64,000 bases of DNA from Nitrospinaceae bacterium (GCA_965223665.1 OZ245011.1:4180044-4244043); one strand, 5' to 3'; positions 29,867 through 40,841 are shown, counted from the stretch's first letter. The notes: generated by a model not told the origin, from the sequence alone. Numbers and translations are program-made.

Positions 29867-31051
29867 ATGCCAACTGATTTAAAAGAGTATTTACGTCATG
29901 AACTGGAAGAGATTCATAAAGCGGGAATGTTTAAAGATGAACGTATATTATTATCCCCCCAACAACCGCACATTAAAATATCCCAGGGAGAGGTAGTTAA
30001 TTTTTGTGCGAATAACTATTTGGGCCTGGCAAATCACCCTGATTTAATAAAGACGGGAAAAGAAGCTTTAGACAAATATGGGTGTGGAATGGCCTCGGTT
30101 CGATTTATATGTGGAACCAATGATCTTCACAAAGTGTTAGAAAATAAGGTTTCTGAGTTTCTAGTTACTGAGGATACCATTCTTTATTCCTCTTGCTTTG
30201 ATGCAAATGCCGGGTTATTTGAAACCTTACTAACGGAAAAAGATGCGATTATTAGTGATCGCCTTAATCATGCCAGCATCATTGATGGGACGCGACTAAG
30301 CAAGGCGAAACGTTTTCGCTATAACCACTCAGATTTAAACCATTTGGAGACTCAACTTAAGCGTGCAAGGGACTGTCGTTTCAAAGTAATTGCAACGGAT
30401 GGAGTTTTTAGTATGGATGGGGATGTGGCTCTTCTTGATGAGATTTGTGAGTTAGCCTCTGTGTATGGTGCTTGGGTAATGGTAGATGATTCTCATGCTA
30501 CCGGTTTTTTTGGACCGACTGGTCGTGGCAGTATTGAATATCGAAATGTAATGGGAAAAGTGGATATCATAACTTCAACATTTGGAAAGGCTCTGGGAGG
30601 GGCTTCCGGAGGTTTTACCTCTGGGAATAAGGAAATTATTGAAATTCTAAGGCAACGATCTCGACCTTATTTATTTTCCAATTCGCTTGCCCCTGTTATT
30701 GCAGCAATAACTCTAAAAGCTATTGAACTGATTGATCAGGAGTCTGGAAGTGTCCAGAAATTAAAACAAAATACAAAATACTTTAGAAAAAACATTGAAA
30801 AAGCGGGCTTTAAAATAAAGAAAGGAGATCATCCCATAGTCCCTATAATGTTGGGGGATGCATTTCTCGCGAATCAAATGGCCAGTGAATTACTTTCTTG
30901 TGGAATATATGTCATTGGATTTAGCTATCCAGTGGTCCCAAAAGGAGAAGCTCGAATTCGTGTTCAATTATCAGCGGCTCACATAGAACAGGATTTGGAT
31001 TCTGCAGTAAATGCTTTTCAAGCTGTAGGGAAGAAAATGGGGGTTATTTGA
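29867..31051 (+). CDS. kbl: Glycine C-acetyltransferase (2-amino-3-ketobutyrate CoA ligase)
   Basis: NFCANNYLGLA, GMASVRFICGT, SCFDANAGLFE, DDSHATG, TFGKALGGASGG, LRQRSRPYLFSNS, ARIRVQLSA. Confidence 0.96.
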   Translation: MPTDLKEYLRHELEEIHKAGMFKDERILLSPQQPHIKISQGEVVNFCANNYLGLANHPDLIKTGKEALDKYGCGMASVRFICGTNDLHKVLENKVSEFLVTEDTILYSSCFDANAGLFETLLTEKDAIISDRLNHASIIDGTRLSKAKRFRYNHSDLNHLETQLKRARDCRFKVIATDGVFSMDGDVALLDEICELASVYGAWVMVDDSHATGFFGPTGRGSIEYRNVMGKVDIITSTFGKALGGASGGFTSGNKEIIEILRQRSRPYLFSNSLAPVIAAITLKAIELIDQESGSVQKLKQNTKYFRKNIEKAGFKIKKGDHPIVPIMLGDAFLANQMASELLSCGIYVIGFSYPVVPKGEARIRVQLSAAHIEQDLDSAVNAFQAVGKKMGVI

Positions 31052-31549
31052 CCCTGCTAATTATCAGCGATCCAAAGAAAATAAACCCATTTTAATTTAT
31101 TATAAGTTGTCTCAAAAAATGTATAAATTGTGTCATTAAATTGGTGTTTAAAAGTCGTTTGAATATTTTCGTTTTATTTTCGTTTTTTTGCGCTGTTTAC
31201 CGAGAGGATACAATTTAAAGAACTCTTTGAGAAGAATTCTAAAAAGGTGATTCTTTATTTACCCATGAATTTCTATAGCCTATTTAATTTTAATAACTTA
31301 CATGGCTTCCAGTCTTTTAAAGACGTTCTGAAAATATTTTTTACTCCAAATTAAATTTCCAAATATTTTTGGATTAAACCATCGTTACGATTTTCTCCAA
31401 AAATGTATTTTTTCCAATAAAAAACATCAATTTTTTTTTAAATCTAAAATTTAATCTTTTTCTCTAAAAATTTTAATAAATTACCTGGGTATGAGAAGAT
31501 GATTTCAATCCCCTCACATTGAAAAGTATCTTTTCATCCGGTGGCGGAT

Positions 31550-31578
31550 TTGACAATTGGATTTGAAGTTGATAGAAA
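31550..31578 (+). promoter_or_regulatory. Candidate sigma-70 promoter for the KamA-family gene
   Basis: TTGACA (31550-31555), 17-bp spacer, TG-n-TAGAAA (31573-31578). Confidence 0.45.
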
Positions 31579-31801
31579 TTACATCCTTCATTTGCTTTTG
31601 AATGTTTTTTAAAAGCACTTCTGAATTTAATTCATTAATTATATTTTTATTAGTTTTGGTTTCATTTAATTTTTAAATGGTCAAGGACGATTCAAAATAA
31701 TAACCGGATAGTGATTTTAAATTTGGTTAAAATTCTTTGACCTGTAAAAGAAACCGAAGTTAGCCAAAAGGCTACAACCACTGTTTGAAAGGGGTGGCAT
31801 T

Positions 31802-32980
31802 ATGACTAACAATGGTTTAAGACAAGAAAAAGCAAAATACCTGACCAAAGTGGAGCAAATTCCGCAACTTGATCAGGAAGATTTAAATAAATTAAAACCA
31901 GTGTCGGATAAGTTCGTCTTCCGTTCCAATGATTATTATCAGTCTCTTATTAATTGGGATGATCCTGAAGATCCAATTAAGAGAATTATTGTTCCGGATA
32001 TTGCAGAGTTGGATGATTGGGGCCAGTTAGATGCTTCAGATGAAGAAAGTTACACCGTTGCTAAAGGAGTAGAACATAAATACGATTCCACAGCACTTCT
32101 TTTAGTGAATGAAGTTTGCGGTGCTTATTGCAGGTTTTGTTTTCGTAAGCGATTATTCATGGATGATAATGAAGAAGTGACGAAAGACGTTTCTGAAGGT
32201 TTGGAATACATACGGTCCCATAAAGAGATTAGTAATGTGTTATTGACAGGAGGGGACCCTCTAATCATGTCGACTTCCAAACTGGAACCGATAATTAAAC
32301 AGATTCGTGAATTAGATCATGTCAATATCATCCGGATTGGAACCAAAATACCCGCTTTTAATCCGATGCGGATTTACAATGACCCAACTTTGAAGGAGAT
32401 GTTCGAAAAGTATAGTACTCCTGAAAAACGAATATATGTTATGGCTCACTTTAACCATCCTAGGGAATTGACACCTGAAGCAATCCGTGGTTTAGACTTT
32501 TTATTAAAAGCGGGAGCTATAGTGGTGAATCAAACTCCTATGATCACTGGAGTGAATGATAATCCTCAAGTATTGGCGGAATTATTCAATAAATTGTCTT
32601 ATATTGGTGTTCCCCCTTACTATATATTCCAATGCCGTCCTACCTTAGGAAATAAAATTTATATTTCTCCTCTTGAAGAAACTTATGAAATATTTGAAGC
32701 CGCTCGAACCCAGTGTTCTGGTTTGGCTAAAAGAGCCCGATTTGTGATGTCCCATTCCACTGGTAAGATTGAGATCGTTGGCCTTTCAAATTCTAATATT
32801 TATTTTAAATACCAGCGCGCCGCAGATCCGGAAAACAGTTCGCGATTTATGGCATTCAAAAGAAATCCTGAAGCATATTGGTTTGATGATTATGAAGAAG
32901 TGGTTTCGGATCATTTCTTAAGTGGAGACAAAATAGGTTCTAATCAAACTAATTTATTAGGGTTTATGGAATTCGCATAA
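31802..32980 (+). CDS. KamA-family radical SAM protein (lysine 2,3-aminomutase-like)
   Basis: GVEHKY..TALL, CGAYCRFCFRKR, NVLLTGGDPL, HFNHPRE, NQTP, PYYIFQCRP, GKIEI (PLP lysine region). Confidence 0.9.
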   Translation: MTNNGLRQEKAKYLTKVEQIPQLDQEDLNKLKPVSDKFVFRSNDYYQSLINWDDPEDPIKRIIVPDIAELDDWGQLDASDEESYTVAKGVEHKYDSTALLLVNEVCGAYCRFCFRKRLFMDDNEEVTKDVSEGLEYIRSHKEISNVLLTGGDPLIMSTSKLEPIIKQIRELDHVNIIRIGTKIPAFNPMRIYNDPTLKEMFEKYSTPEKRIYVMAHFNHPRELTPEAIRGLDFLLKAGAIVVNQTPMITGVNDNPQVLAELFNKLSYIGVPPYYIFQCRPTLGNKIYISPLEETYEIFEAARTQCSGLAKRARFVMSHSTGKIEIVGLSNSNIYFKYQRAADPENSSRFMAFKRNPEAYWFDDYEEVVSDHFLSGDKIGSNQTNLLGFMEFA

Positions 32981-33118
32981 TTTGCTCTTTCCTGGCAGTA
33001 TTTTTTTAGCTCAATTGATTATTCCTTGCGTGATTAAAGGAAAAAATCTTGTCGAGTATTTTAATTTCTTAATAGGGTATAATTTAACCATATTGAAAAA
33101 TTAAAAAGGAATTATCGC

Positions 33119-33613
33119 ATGAAAAAAGTTTTTATATTTTCGATAATAGCTTCTATGATTATTTTGGGATCTGGTAGGGCTTTTTCCGTAGAAAATGAGG
33201 ATGCCTTAAGCAAAGGACAATCAGGGAGTAGGCCTATACCTGAGCAATTGCAGGAAATAAGTGGTCAGATTTCCCGAATGGTGACTGAACAAGTTCAACA
33301 ATTTTTAGATAAAGAACTGTTAAGGATAAAAGAGTATAGAGCTCAAGCCCGAGAGACAGCGAACCAAAAGTTAAAATCAAAAGAAAAGTCAGTCGAAGAA
33401 AATCCCAATAATCCTCAGACTCTCTTTGAATTAGGTGAACTTCATGATCAAATGGGAGATGGAGCCAGCGCAATACTTAAAACCCAAAAGGCAGAAAAAC
33501 TATTTGTCGAAAACGGAAACGTCAAAGGAGCTGCCCAAGCCAGACGTAATTTAAGGCAATTTTTTAAAAAGTACGACTATCAACCCGAAGACTTTATTCT
33601 AAACAATAAATAA
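33119..33613 (+). CDS. Hypothetical secreted helical/TPR-like protein
   Basis: Signal peptide (AFS/VE); NPNNPQTLFELGELH TPR-like segment. Confidence 0.65.
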   Translation: MKKVFIFSIIASMIILGSGRAFSVENEDALSKGQSGSRPIPEQLQEISGQISRMVTEQVQQFLDKELLRIKEYRAQARETANQKLKSKEKSVEENPNNPQTLFELGELHDQMGDGASAILKTQKAEKLFVENGNVKGAAQARRNLRQFFKKYDYQPEDFILNNK

Positions 33614-33981
33614 TAATTTTATGCCCATCTGAAAAAGGATTGGATATATTTCCTCGAACTAATTTTAAGTAGGCAAAATTCAGTGGTAAATTGCTTATTT
33701 TGCCTTCCTTCCGACACAAAAAAAACCTTACAAAATTACATATTTCACTTAGGTTTTGACCTCCTAAATGACGATAAAGAATTAAGATCTTAAAGTCCAT
33801 TGCGTGTAAAGGAAAATTGTAACTGAGAGATTTTTGCTTTCGCAAATCGGTTTCCGCCTACTTTGTTAGTTTTCTGTAAAGTAAATTTTGGGAAAGTATC
33901 TATAAACGTAGAATCTTATCAGGACATTTTCTCAAGTCTAGGACTCCTTCTTTTACAGTAAATATTTACCTTCAATCGTAT

Positions 33982-35706
33982 TTGTTTAGAAATTTAATGC
34001 AAATAAAAATAGCTATATTTTTATCAACGTCATTATCTTTGGTGTGGACGACCCTTTTTATTTTTCTTTTTAGTACGATTTCTGGAGCGCAGGTAATCCC
34101 CAAAACAGTGGAACCTCAAAGGTTTGATAAGCGCTTTAAAAAGAAGAGACCTCCCAAGTCAACTTTAGATTTGGAAAAACCATTTTCAAATGATATCCCG
34201 GACCTTCAGTTACCTTCTAAAGAATACAATTTTGTATTAAGAAAAATTATTGTAGAGGGAGCAACAAAATTTCGAGGTCACAAACTTGCAAGGGTATTTA
34301 AAAAATATTTAGGAAAGAAGATACCGGTTTCACTCCTTAACAAATTAGCCGAAAAGATAACTAAAAAATATCGAAATGCTGGCTATATTTTGAGTCAGGC
34401 TATTATCCCACCGCAAAAAATTGGGTCCAGAGGGGTTGTCCGCATAAAAGTCATAGAGGGTTATATTGATAAGGTCTCGTATAAAGGGAAAGCAAATGGA
34501 ACAAAAAGACTATTTAAATCATATAGAAAAAAAATTCTTGCTTCCCGGCCACTTCACAGTGATGACTTAGAACGTTATTTACTTTTATTAAATGATTTGC
34601 CGGGAGTAAAAGCGCGCTCTGTATTGACTCCTTCTGATTCACAACCAGGTGCCGCACAATTAACAATTGTAATCAATCATAAAAATGTTGATGCCTACGG
34701 GCAAATTGATAACAGAGGTTCGAAGTTTAATGGCCCTTTTCAAATCTCTGTTGGAGGAAATGTAAATTCCACACTTGGAATGAATGATAGGACAGGAATC
34801 CAAGGTGTGGTTTCAACTGATTTTGAAGAATTATTGTTTTTAAATGTGAATCACGATCTTCCAGTATCTGATGAAGGTTCCAGATTATTATTTGGTGGAA
34901 CATATTCAAATTCTGAACCTGGAGGATCGTTAGCGCCTTTTCAAATTGAAGGAACAGGATTAACTTTTGTAGTCAGGAGTTCTCACCCTGTTATCCGTAC
35001 TCGAAGAGAAAATTTATCTCTGTCATTTGGTTTTAGTTTGAAAAACTCGGAGACGGATATATTAATGGCTAATGTTGTAAAGGATAAGCTCCGGGTTTTA
35101 GACGCGGGAGCAAATTATGATTTTGCAGACCAATATAAAGGAATCAATTCATTTCGTTTAAATATAAGCCAAGGAATCAATGTGTTTGGTGCAACCGAAT
35201 CTGGCTCTCCGAAATTGTCTCGCCCCTTTGGAAAAAGTAATTTCACAAAAATTGAAGGTGAAGTTCTTCGCCTTCAAAAATTATCTTCTCGATGGAATTT
35301 GTTAGCCAGTCTGATTTGGCAATATTCATTAAGTAATTTATTAGCAGCAGAAGAGTTTGTAGTGGGCGGACCTCGATATGGGCGAGGATTTGATCCCTCA
35401 GAAATTTCTGGAGACCATGGCGCGGCAGTAAAGTTGGAATTTCAATTTTCAGATCGAGTTGCAAATATTTTTTTGCAAGATTATCAAGCATATTTCTTTG
35501 GCGATTACGGATCGGTTTGGAACCGGTCCGATCCAACAAATTTAACAAGCCATGTTGATTTGTTTTCATTGGGTCTTGGTATTCGTTTCAATATTCGTTC
35601 CTGGTTGTCAGGTTTCTTAGAGTTGGTAAAACCATTTGATCGAATAGTTACCGCAGAGGGGGATAAAGATCCAAGAGTATTTTTTGGATTGACGGCGCGT
35701 TACTAA
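33982..35706 (+). CDS. TpsB (ShlB/FhaC/HecB) two-partner secretion transporter
   Basis: POTRA motifs (ITKKYRNAGYILSQA.IPPQ, LERYLLLLNDLPG), DNRGS, GG..YGRGF, C-terminal barrel ending in Y. Confidence 0.92.
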   Translation: MFRNLMQIKIAIFLSTSLSLVWTTLFIFLFSTISGAQVIPKTVEPQRFDKRFKKKRPPKSTLDLEKPFSNDIPDLQLPSKEYNFVLRKIIVEGATKFRGHKLARVFKKYLGKKIPVSLLNKLAEKITKKYRNAGYILSQAIIPPQKIGSRGVVRIKVIEGYIDKVSYKGKANGTKRLFKSYRKKILASRPLHSDDLERYLLLLNDLPGVKARSVLTPSDSQPGAAQLTIVINHKNVDAYGQIDNRGSKFNGPFQISVGGNVNSTLGMNDRTGIQGVVSTDFEELLFLNVNHDLPVSDEGSRLLFGGTYSNSEPGGSLAPFQIEGTGLTFVVRSSHPVIRTRRENLSLSFGFSLKNSETDILMANVVKDKLRVLDAGANYDFADQYKGINSFRLNISQGINVFGATESGSPKLSRPFGKSNFTKIEGEVLRLQKLSSRWNLLASLIWQYSLSNLLAAEEFVVGGPRYGRGFDPSEISGDHGAAVKLEFQFSDRVANIFLQDYQAYFFGDYGSVWNRSDPTNLTSHVDLFSLGLGIRFNIRSWLSGFLELVKPFDRIVTAEGDKDPRVFFGLTARY

Positions 35707-35742
35707 GGAAAGTAAACCATATGCCTTTTTCGGCAGCAAACC

Positions 35743-38700
35743 ATGAGGGTTGCCTGGATGCAAAGAAAATCACTTTTTTCATTTTTATATTTTTTCAGAG
35801 ATAAGAAGCCAACCGGCATATTTAGTATATCTGTATTAATTTTTTTGATCGGCTTTTGGCCCTCCTATTTATATGCGCTTCCACAAGATGGAATTGTCAA
35901 AGGCGGCTCTGTAACTATTGAACAAATAAATTCTGATCATCTTGAAATAAATCAAATCACAGATCGAGCGATTATAGATTGGACTAGCTTTGACGTTCTT
36001 TCCAATGAGCATGTGAACTTTCAACTTCCTTCCTCTAATTCAGTAAATCTAAGTCGAGTGACAGGGGGAACTCAATCTAACATTTTTGGAAAATTAACAT
36101 CAAATGGGAAATTGATGCTCATTAACCCCAATGGAATATTATTTGGACCCCATTCTCAAATTGATGTTAACAGTTTGATTGCGACGACAAATGATATTCG
36201 TAATGAGGATTTCCTAGAAGGTAATTACAGTTTTTCACTTAATAAACCCATTTTAAGATCCATAACCAACCAAGGGAGAATTACAGTAGCGGAAGGTGGG
36301 TTAGCTGCACTAGTGGCGCCGGGTGTGATTAACGAGGGAACCATTGAGGCAAGACTAGGTCAAGTGTATTTAGGATCAGGTAAAACATTCACTTTAGATT
36401 TATATGGTGATCAGTTAGTAAGTCTAGGAGTGAATTCCCAAAGTGCTGAAGATGTGTTTGGCGTAACAGGAAACCGATTATCTTCTCTAATTAATAATTC
36501 AGGAAATATTATTTCTGATGGAGGCACCGTCATCCTCGATGTTAAATCAGCAAAAGGCTTAGTGGACCAATCCATCAATATGTCAGGAATCATCCAAGCT
36601 AGAACCATAAAGGAAAATAACGGTGAAATTTATCTTTTGGGTGGAGAGGAAGGTGAAGTTGCGGTCACAGGAAAATTGGATGCGTCAGGTTATCTAGAGG
36701 GTCAAACAGGTGGGAAAGTTTATGTATTAGGGAACGAATTGAGTCTTTTCAATAATGGGACCATAGATATTTCTGGGGATTCAGGTGGAGGTTCATTATT
36801 TTTTGGAGGCGATTATCAGGGAAAGGGAGAATTGCAAAGAGCATCTGATGTTTTTGTAAGTGATGGGGCAAATATTTTTGCTGACGCTGTAAATTTTGGG
36901 GATGGTGGGCGAACCATATTTTGGGCTGACAGAAGAAATCGTTTTTATGGAAGAGTTAGAAATAGAGGAGGATTGTTTAGTGGTTCAGGAGGATTTGTAG
37001 AAATTTCCGGACGAGAGGAATTGTATTTTGATGGCTCGGTAGATACTTCAGCGTCAAATGGAAAAGTTGGAACTTTATTGTTAGACCCGGGAGATATTGA
37101 AATTGTAAATGGATCAGGATCACCTGATGATGGTGAAGCCGCAGATGGCAATGCGTCTGTTTCATCAAGTGGAGCGATTTCGTTTTCTATTTCAGAAAAC
37201 CAATTAGAATCACTTTCCTCAAATACAAATATTCATCTTTTTGCAAGAAATAATATTTTTCTTCGCAACTTGTCAGACAATAATTTGGAATTAAAACAAA
37301 CTGCGGGACAATCTGTTCGATTAACAGCTGAAACCGGAAATATCCAATTTAGTGACACCAATGACCAAATTAGTACAAATGGTGGCAGTGTGACCCTTCA
37401 AGCTGGAGAGGATATGATCCTAGGAAAACTCAATGTGGGTGGGGGAAATGTAACATTGTTAGGAAAAGAAGGAGGAGCTATTAGCTTGGGGACTGGATCC
37501 ACAGGATTAAAGTTAAGTAATGAGGAATTATCCAAAATAACAGCAAATAATTTGGTCATTGGAGGTAATATTGTTGGAGAGAGAGCAGCTAAAATAGAGG
37601 TGCAAGGAGTCACTGGAATAAATAATATTACCAATCAATTAACACTAAACTCTCTAAGTGAAATTAGTACGATAGGTGGAGCCCCACTCGGAAAAATACA
37701 TTTCAAAAATACAGCTTCTACTATTGGAACAGGATTATTTTTAAACTCTAACCTAGAGACAAGGATAGACTCTAACCTTACAACTTTTGGCAATTTATCT
37801 ACGGGAGCAACATCACCTCTTGTATTGGGAAATAATTTAACTATTTCTTCTACTAACGGTAAGTTGACTTTAGGATCAATTTCTAATTCTTCTGCGGGAT
37901 TATCCTTATTGGCAGCAAATGGAATTACGTTAAATGAAAAGCTTACTACTGCAGGAACTACCATTCTAAATGCAGATTTGGATAACAATGGATTCGGAAT
38001 ATTTTCCCAAGCATCTGGAAAATCTTTAATTACAGGTAATGGTTCTTTATCGATAATAGCAGGGTCTTTAAATTTAAACGGTTCATTAAATAGCGGGACT
38101 GGTTTAACAACATTCATTGCTTCAAATGGAAAAAGCATAGGTTTGGGATTGGCGAGTGGTGATCTATCTCTAGACTCAACTCTCTTGTCTTCTCTGACTT
38201 CCGGTGGACTTGTTTTAGGAAATGGATTAGGAGCTATTCAAGTTAACGGGGCTAGTATTTCTTCAGGACTTACCTTAAATGGAAATTCAAATTCGTTCAT
38301 TGGATCAAACTCTTTGCTATCTGGGTTGGTTGTAAATGGACCAACAACAATCCACGGAGTCGACCTGATATCGACAGGAGGAATAATCGATTTTAATGGA
38401 ACTGTGACGTTAAACTCAAGTCCTGCGCAAATTCATAGTAATAATCAAAATATATTTTTTCAAAGTACTTTAGAGGGAAGTCAAAATTTAAATATAAATG
38501 CTGGTACAGGAATCGTTCAATTTCAAGGAAATATTGGAGACAATCTTCCATTATCAGGTCTAAATATTACAGGTCCTTCAATAATTAAAGGAATTAATAT
38601 CAGTACAGCTGGAGGAAATATAATCTTTAATGATAATGTTTCAATTGATTCAAATACGGTTCAAATAAGTACCGGGGCGGGAGGAGGAGACATTGATTTT

Positions 38701-40698
38701 CATGGGACTGTAGATGGAACTCAAAACTTAACTTTAAACTCCGGGACAGGAACGATAAATATTGATGGTAATGTTGGAACTAATACAGCACTAAAAAGTT
38801 TTACCGTAACGGGATCTACAGTTGTTAGTGGTGCTAATATTTTAACTTCTAACGGAGATATAACTTTTAACAATGCTCTCGGTTTAGATACTGGGACGGT
38901 TGAAATTAATTCAGGTACAGGGATAGGCGATATAAATTTGGGCAATACGGTAGATGGAGCCCAAAACCTAACCTTAAACTCAGGGACAGGAACGGTGAAT
39001 ATTGATGGTAATGTTGGAACTAATACAGCACTAAAAAGTATTACCGTAACCGGATCTGCGGTCGTTAGTGGTGCAAATATTATTACTTCCAACGGTAATG
39101 TCACTTTTAATAATGATGTGACCTTAGATAACGGTCCTACGCAGGTAAATACGGGTGGCGGATTAGGTAATATCACTTATTCCCAGAATATCGATGGGAA
39201 CCAAAATTTGACTTTAAATTCTGGGAATGGGTCCATTCAAATTGGGGGGAACGTTGGAAATACTTCCACTTTGGAAAATTTAAATTTAAATGGGAACACT
39301 TCATTTAGTGGCACTTCCATAAAAACCAATAGCGGAATAACTATCAGTGGAAGTCTTGATGCTAATAACCCGACCATTTTAAATTCAGATTCTGACAGCA
39401 ATGGAACAGGTGATCTTGTGGTTTCAGGACCGATAAATTCTAAAGATTTAACTTTTATATCTAATGACATTAGTTTGGGAGATACCTTAACAAGTAGTGG
39501 AGATATTATATTTAAGGTGTCTGATGGAGGAACCATGGGATTAGGTGATGGTTCTGGAGATTGGTTGTTGGATCAAACGGAATTGAGTTTTATAAATACC
39601 AATAATTTGACAATAGGTAATTCTACTGCGGGAAACTTAACTGTCGATAAAATAGCTATTAATGGAAGTAAAATTATTCAGGATATTTCTTTGATTTCAG
39701 GAAATTCTATTTTGGTAAATAACACATTAAATTTCCCGGGAAATTTGAATGTTACTTCCGGAAATAATATTTCCGATTCAGGAGCAACTTTTATAGTGGG
39801 GGGTGACGCCACTTTTAGAACCACTGGTACAAACCAGTCTATTAATTTATCAAATGTTGGCAGTGTTTTTGGGGGTCAAATTCGATTTTTTACATTGGGC
39901 AACTCTGGAGATGTTTTAGTTAATAATTCAAACGCAATTTTTGTAGGAGATTCAATAATTGGTGGAAATTTAACAGCAACTTCTAATGGAAATATTTCCC
40001 TTAACGGGGTGGTGATAAGTTCAACGGGTAGCAATCCACTCATAAGTTTAACATCCACTAATGGCTCAGTTTTGGATGGTGGATCAAGCTTTGGTTTGGA
40101 TATTGATAATCCTAATGGAACTTTAATTGCAAGTACTTTTAATGGATTTGGAACGACAGCAGACCCACTAGAAATTAGAGTGAATAACGTAAATATAGGC
40201 AATAATAACTCGGGTCCAGTAAATATATATGAGCTAGACGGTCTGAATATTGTGGGGATTAACCAAGGTGGAATAAATGAGGATGTGTCAATATCCTATT
40301 CTGGAAATATTTCTGGTCAAGAAAATGTAATGTTGAATGGAGGTCAGTTGGTTCTAACTGACAGGTTTAATGTTAATCAAGTTTTTGGAAATACCGGTAA
40401 AACATTGAAGGGTCTGGCTCTAGAAAGGACCATAAACAATTCTAGTGAGATTGGTCAATATTTTGATTTTGGAGATTGGTATAAAGAAAATATTACTTTA
40501 AATAAAGCGGCTTTTCAAAAAAGTGCAATTGCTTTTCCCTTTGTCAGGAATGCATTTATTAAAAAATATCCTGTTTGGGTTGTTAAACGACCAGTAAGTA
40601 AAAGGAACCCCAAGACCGAATTAGCAAGGTCTTTTTCCAAAAAGAATTATAAGAAAAGAAAACTCAAACCATTTTCCTTAAGGAATAAAGTAAATTAA
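35743..40698 (+). CDS. TpsA filamentous haemagglutinin-like exoprotein
   Basis: Signal peptide then LPQDG; TPS domain (IIDWTSF, LSRVTG, NGKLMLINPNGILFG), GGFVEISG, GTLLLDP; long Gly/Asn/Ser/Thr-rich beta-helix; adjacent to tpsB. Confidence 0.92.
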   Translation: MRVAWMQRKSLFSFLYFFRDKKPTGIFSISVLIFLIGFWPSYLYALPQDGIVKGGSVTIEQINSDHLEINQITDRAIIDWTSFDVLSNEHVNFQLPSSNSVNLSRVTGGTQSNIFGKLTSNGKLMLINPNGILFGPHSQIDVNSLIATTNDIRNEDFLEGNYSFSLNKPILRSITNQGRITVAEGGLAALVAPGVINEGTIEARLGQVYLGSGKTFTLDLYGDQLVSLGVNSQSAEDVFGVTGNRLSSLINNSGNIISDGGTVILDVKSAKGLVDQSINMSGIIQARTIKENNGEIYLLGGEEGEVAVTGKLDASGYLEGQTGGKVYVLGNELSLFNNGTIDISGDSGGGSLFFGGDYQGKGELQRASDVFVSDGANIFADAVNFGDGGRTIFWADRRNRFYGRVRNRGGLFSGSGGFVEISGREELYFDGSVDTSASNGKVGTLLLDPGDIEIVNGSGSPDDGEAADGNASVSSSGAISFSISENQLESLSSNTNIHLFARNNIFLRNLSDNNLELKQTAGQSVRLTAETGNIQFSDTNDQISTNGGSVTLQAGEDMILGKLNVGGGNVTLLGKEGGAISLGTGSTGLKLSNEELSKITANNLVIGGNIVGERAAKIEVQGVTGINNITNQLTLNSLSEISTIGGAPLGKIHFKNTASTIGTGLFLNSNLETRIDSNLTTFGNLSTGATSPLVLGNNLTISSTNGKLTLGSISNSSAGLSLLAANGITLNEKLTTAGTTILNADLDNNGFGIFSQASGKSLITGNGSLSIIAGSLNLNGSLNSGTGLTTFIASNGKSIGLGLASGDLSLDSTLLSSLTSGGLVLGNGLGAIQVNGASISSGLTLNGNSNSFIGSNSLLSGLVVNGPTTIHGVDLISTGGIIDFNGTVTLNSSPAQIHSNNQNIFFQSTLEGSQNLNINAGTGIVQFQGNIGDNLPLSGLNITGPSIIKGINISTAGGNIIFNDNVSIDSNTVQISTGAGGGDIDFHGTVDGTQNLTLNSGTGTINIDGNVGTNTALKSFTVTGSTVVSGANILTSNGDITFNNALGLDTGTVEINSGTGIGDINLGNTVDGAQNLTLNSGTGTVNIDGNVGTNTALKSITVTGSAVVSGANIITSNGNVTFNNDVTLDNGPTQVNTGGGLGNITYSQNIDGNQNLTLNSGNGSIQIGGNVGNTSTLENLNLNGNTSFSGTSIKTNSGITISGSLDANNPTILNSDSDSNGTGDLVVSGPINSKDLTFISNDISLGDTLTSSGDIIFKVSDGGTMGLGDGSGDWLLDQTELSFINTNNLTIGNSTAGNLTVDKIAINGSKIIQDISLISGNSILVNNTLNFPGNLNVTSGNNISDSGATFIVGGDATFRTTGTNQSINLSNVGSVFGGQIRFFTLGNSGDVLVNNSNAIFVGDSIIGGNLTATSNGNISLNGVVISSTGSNPLISLTSTNGSVLDGGSSFGLDIDNPNGTLIASTFNGFGTTADPLEIRVNNVNIGNNNSGPVNIYELDGLNIVGINQGGINEDVSISYSGNISGQENVMLNGGQLVLTDRFNVNQVFGNTGKTLKGLALERTINNSSEIGQYFDFGDWYKENITLNKAAFQKSAIAFPFVRNAFIKKYPVWVVKRPVSKRNPKTELARSFSKKNYKKRKLKPFSLRNKVN
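38470..39300 (+). repeat. About four tandem 240-bp (80-aa) repeats inside TpsA
   Basis: attgatggtaatgttggaactaatacagcactaaaaagt occurs identically at 38761 and 39001; protein unit G.QNLTLNSG.G...I.GNVG recurs; outer bounds approximate. Confidence 0.85.
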
Positions 40699-40841
40699 GA
40701 TGCTATTTCTGATAGCAATTCCTCCCTCCAAAAAATCCAAATTAAATTGATTAACTGCTAAAGTTAATATAACCTTGGTTTTCCTGATTCAATTTTTTTA
40801 TTAAATTATCAGAATAAATATCTAAAAAATGAGTTGAGTTG

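Noticed and set aside
38470-39300. 240-bp repeats as a CRISPR array or a diversity-generating retroelement template/variable pair
   Set aside because: They are in-frame coding repeats without unique spacers; differences are not adenine-specific and no cas or reverse transcriptase gene is present
36411-40202. Multiple antisense ORFs inside TpsA
   Set aside because: Shadow frames caused by the biased Gly/Asn/Ser/Thr codon usage of the real gene
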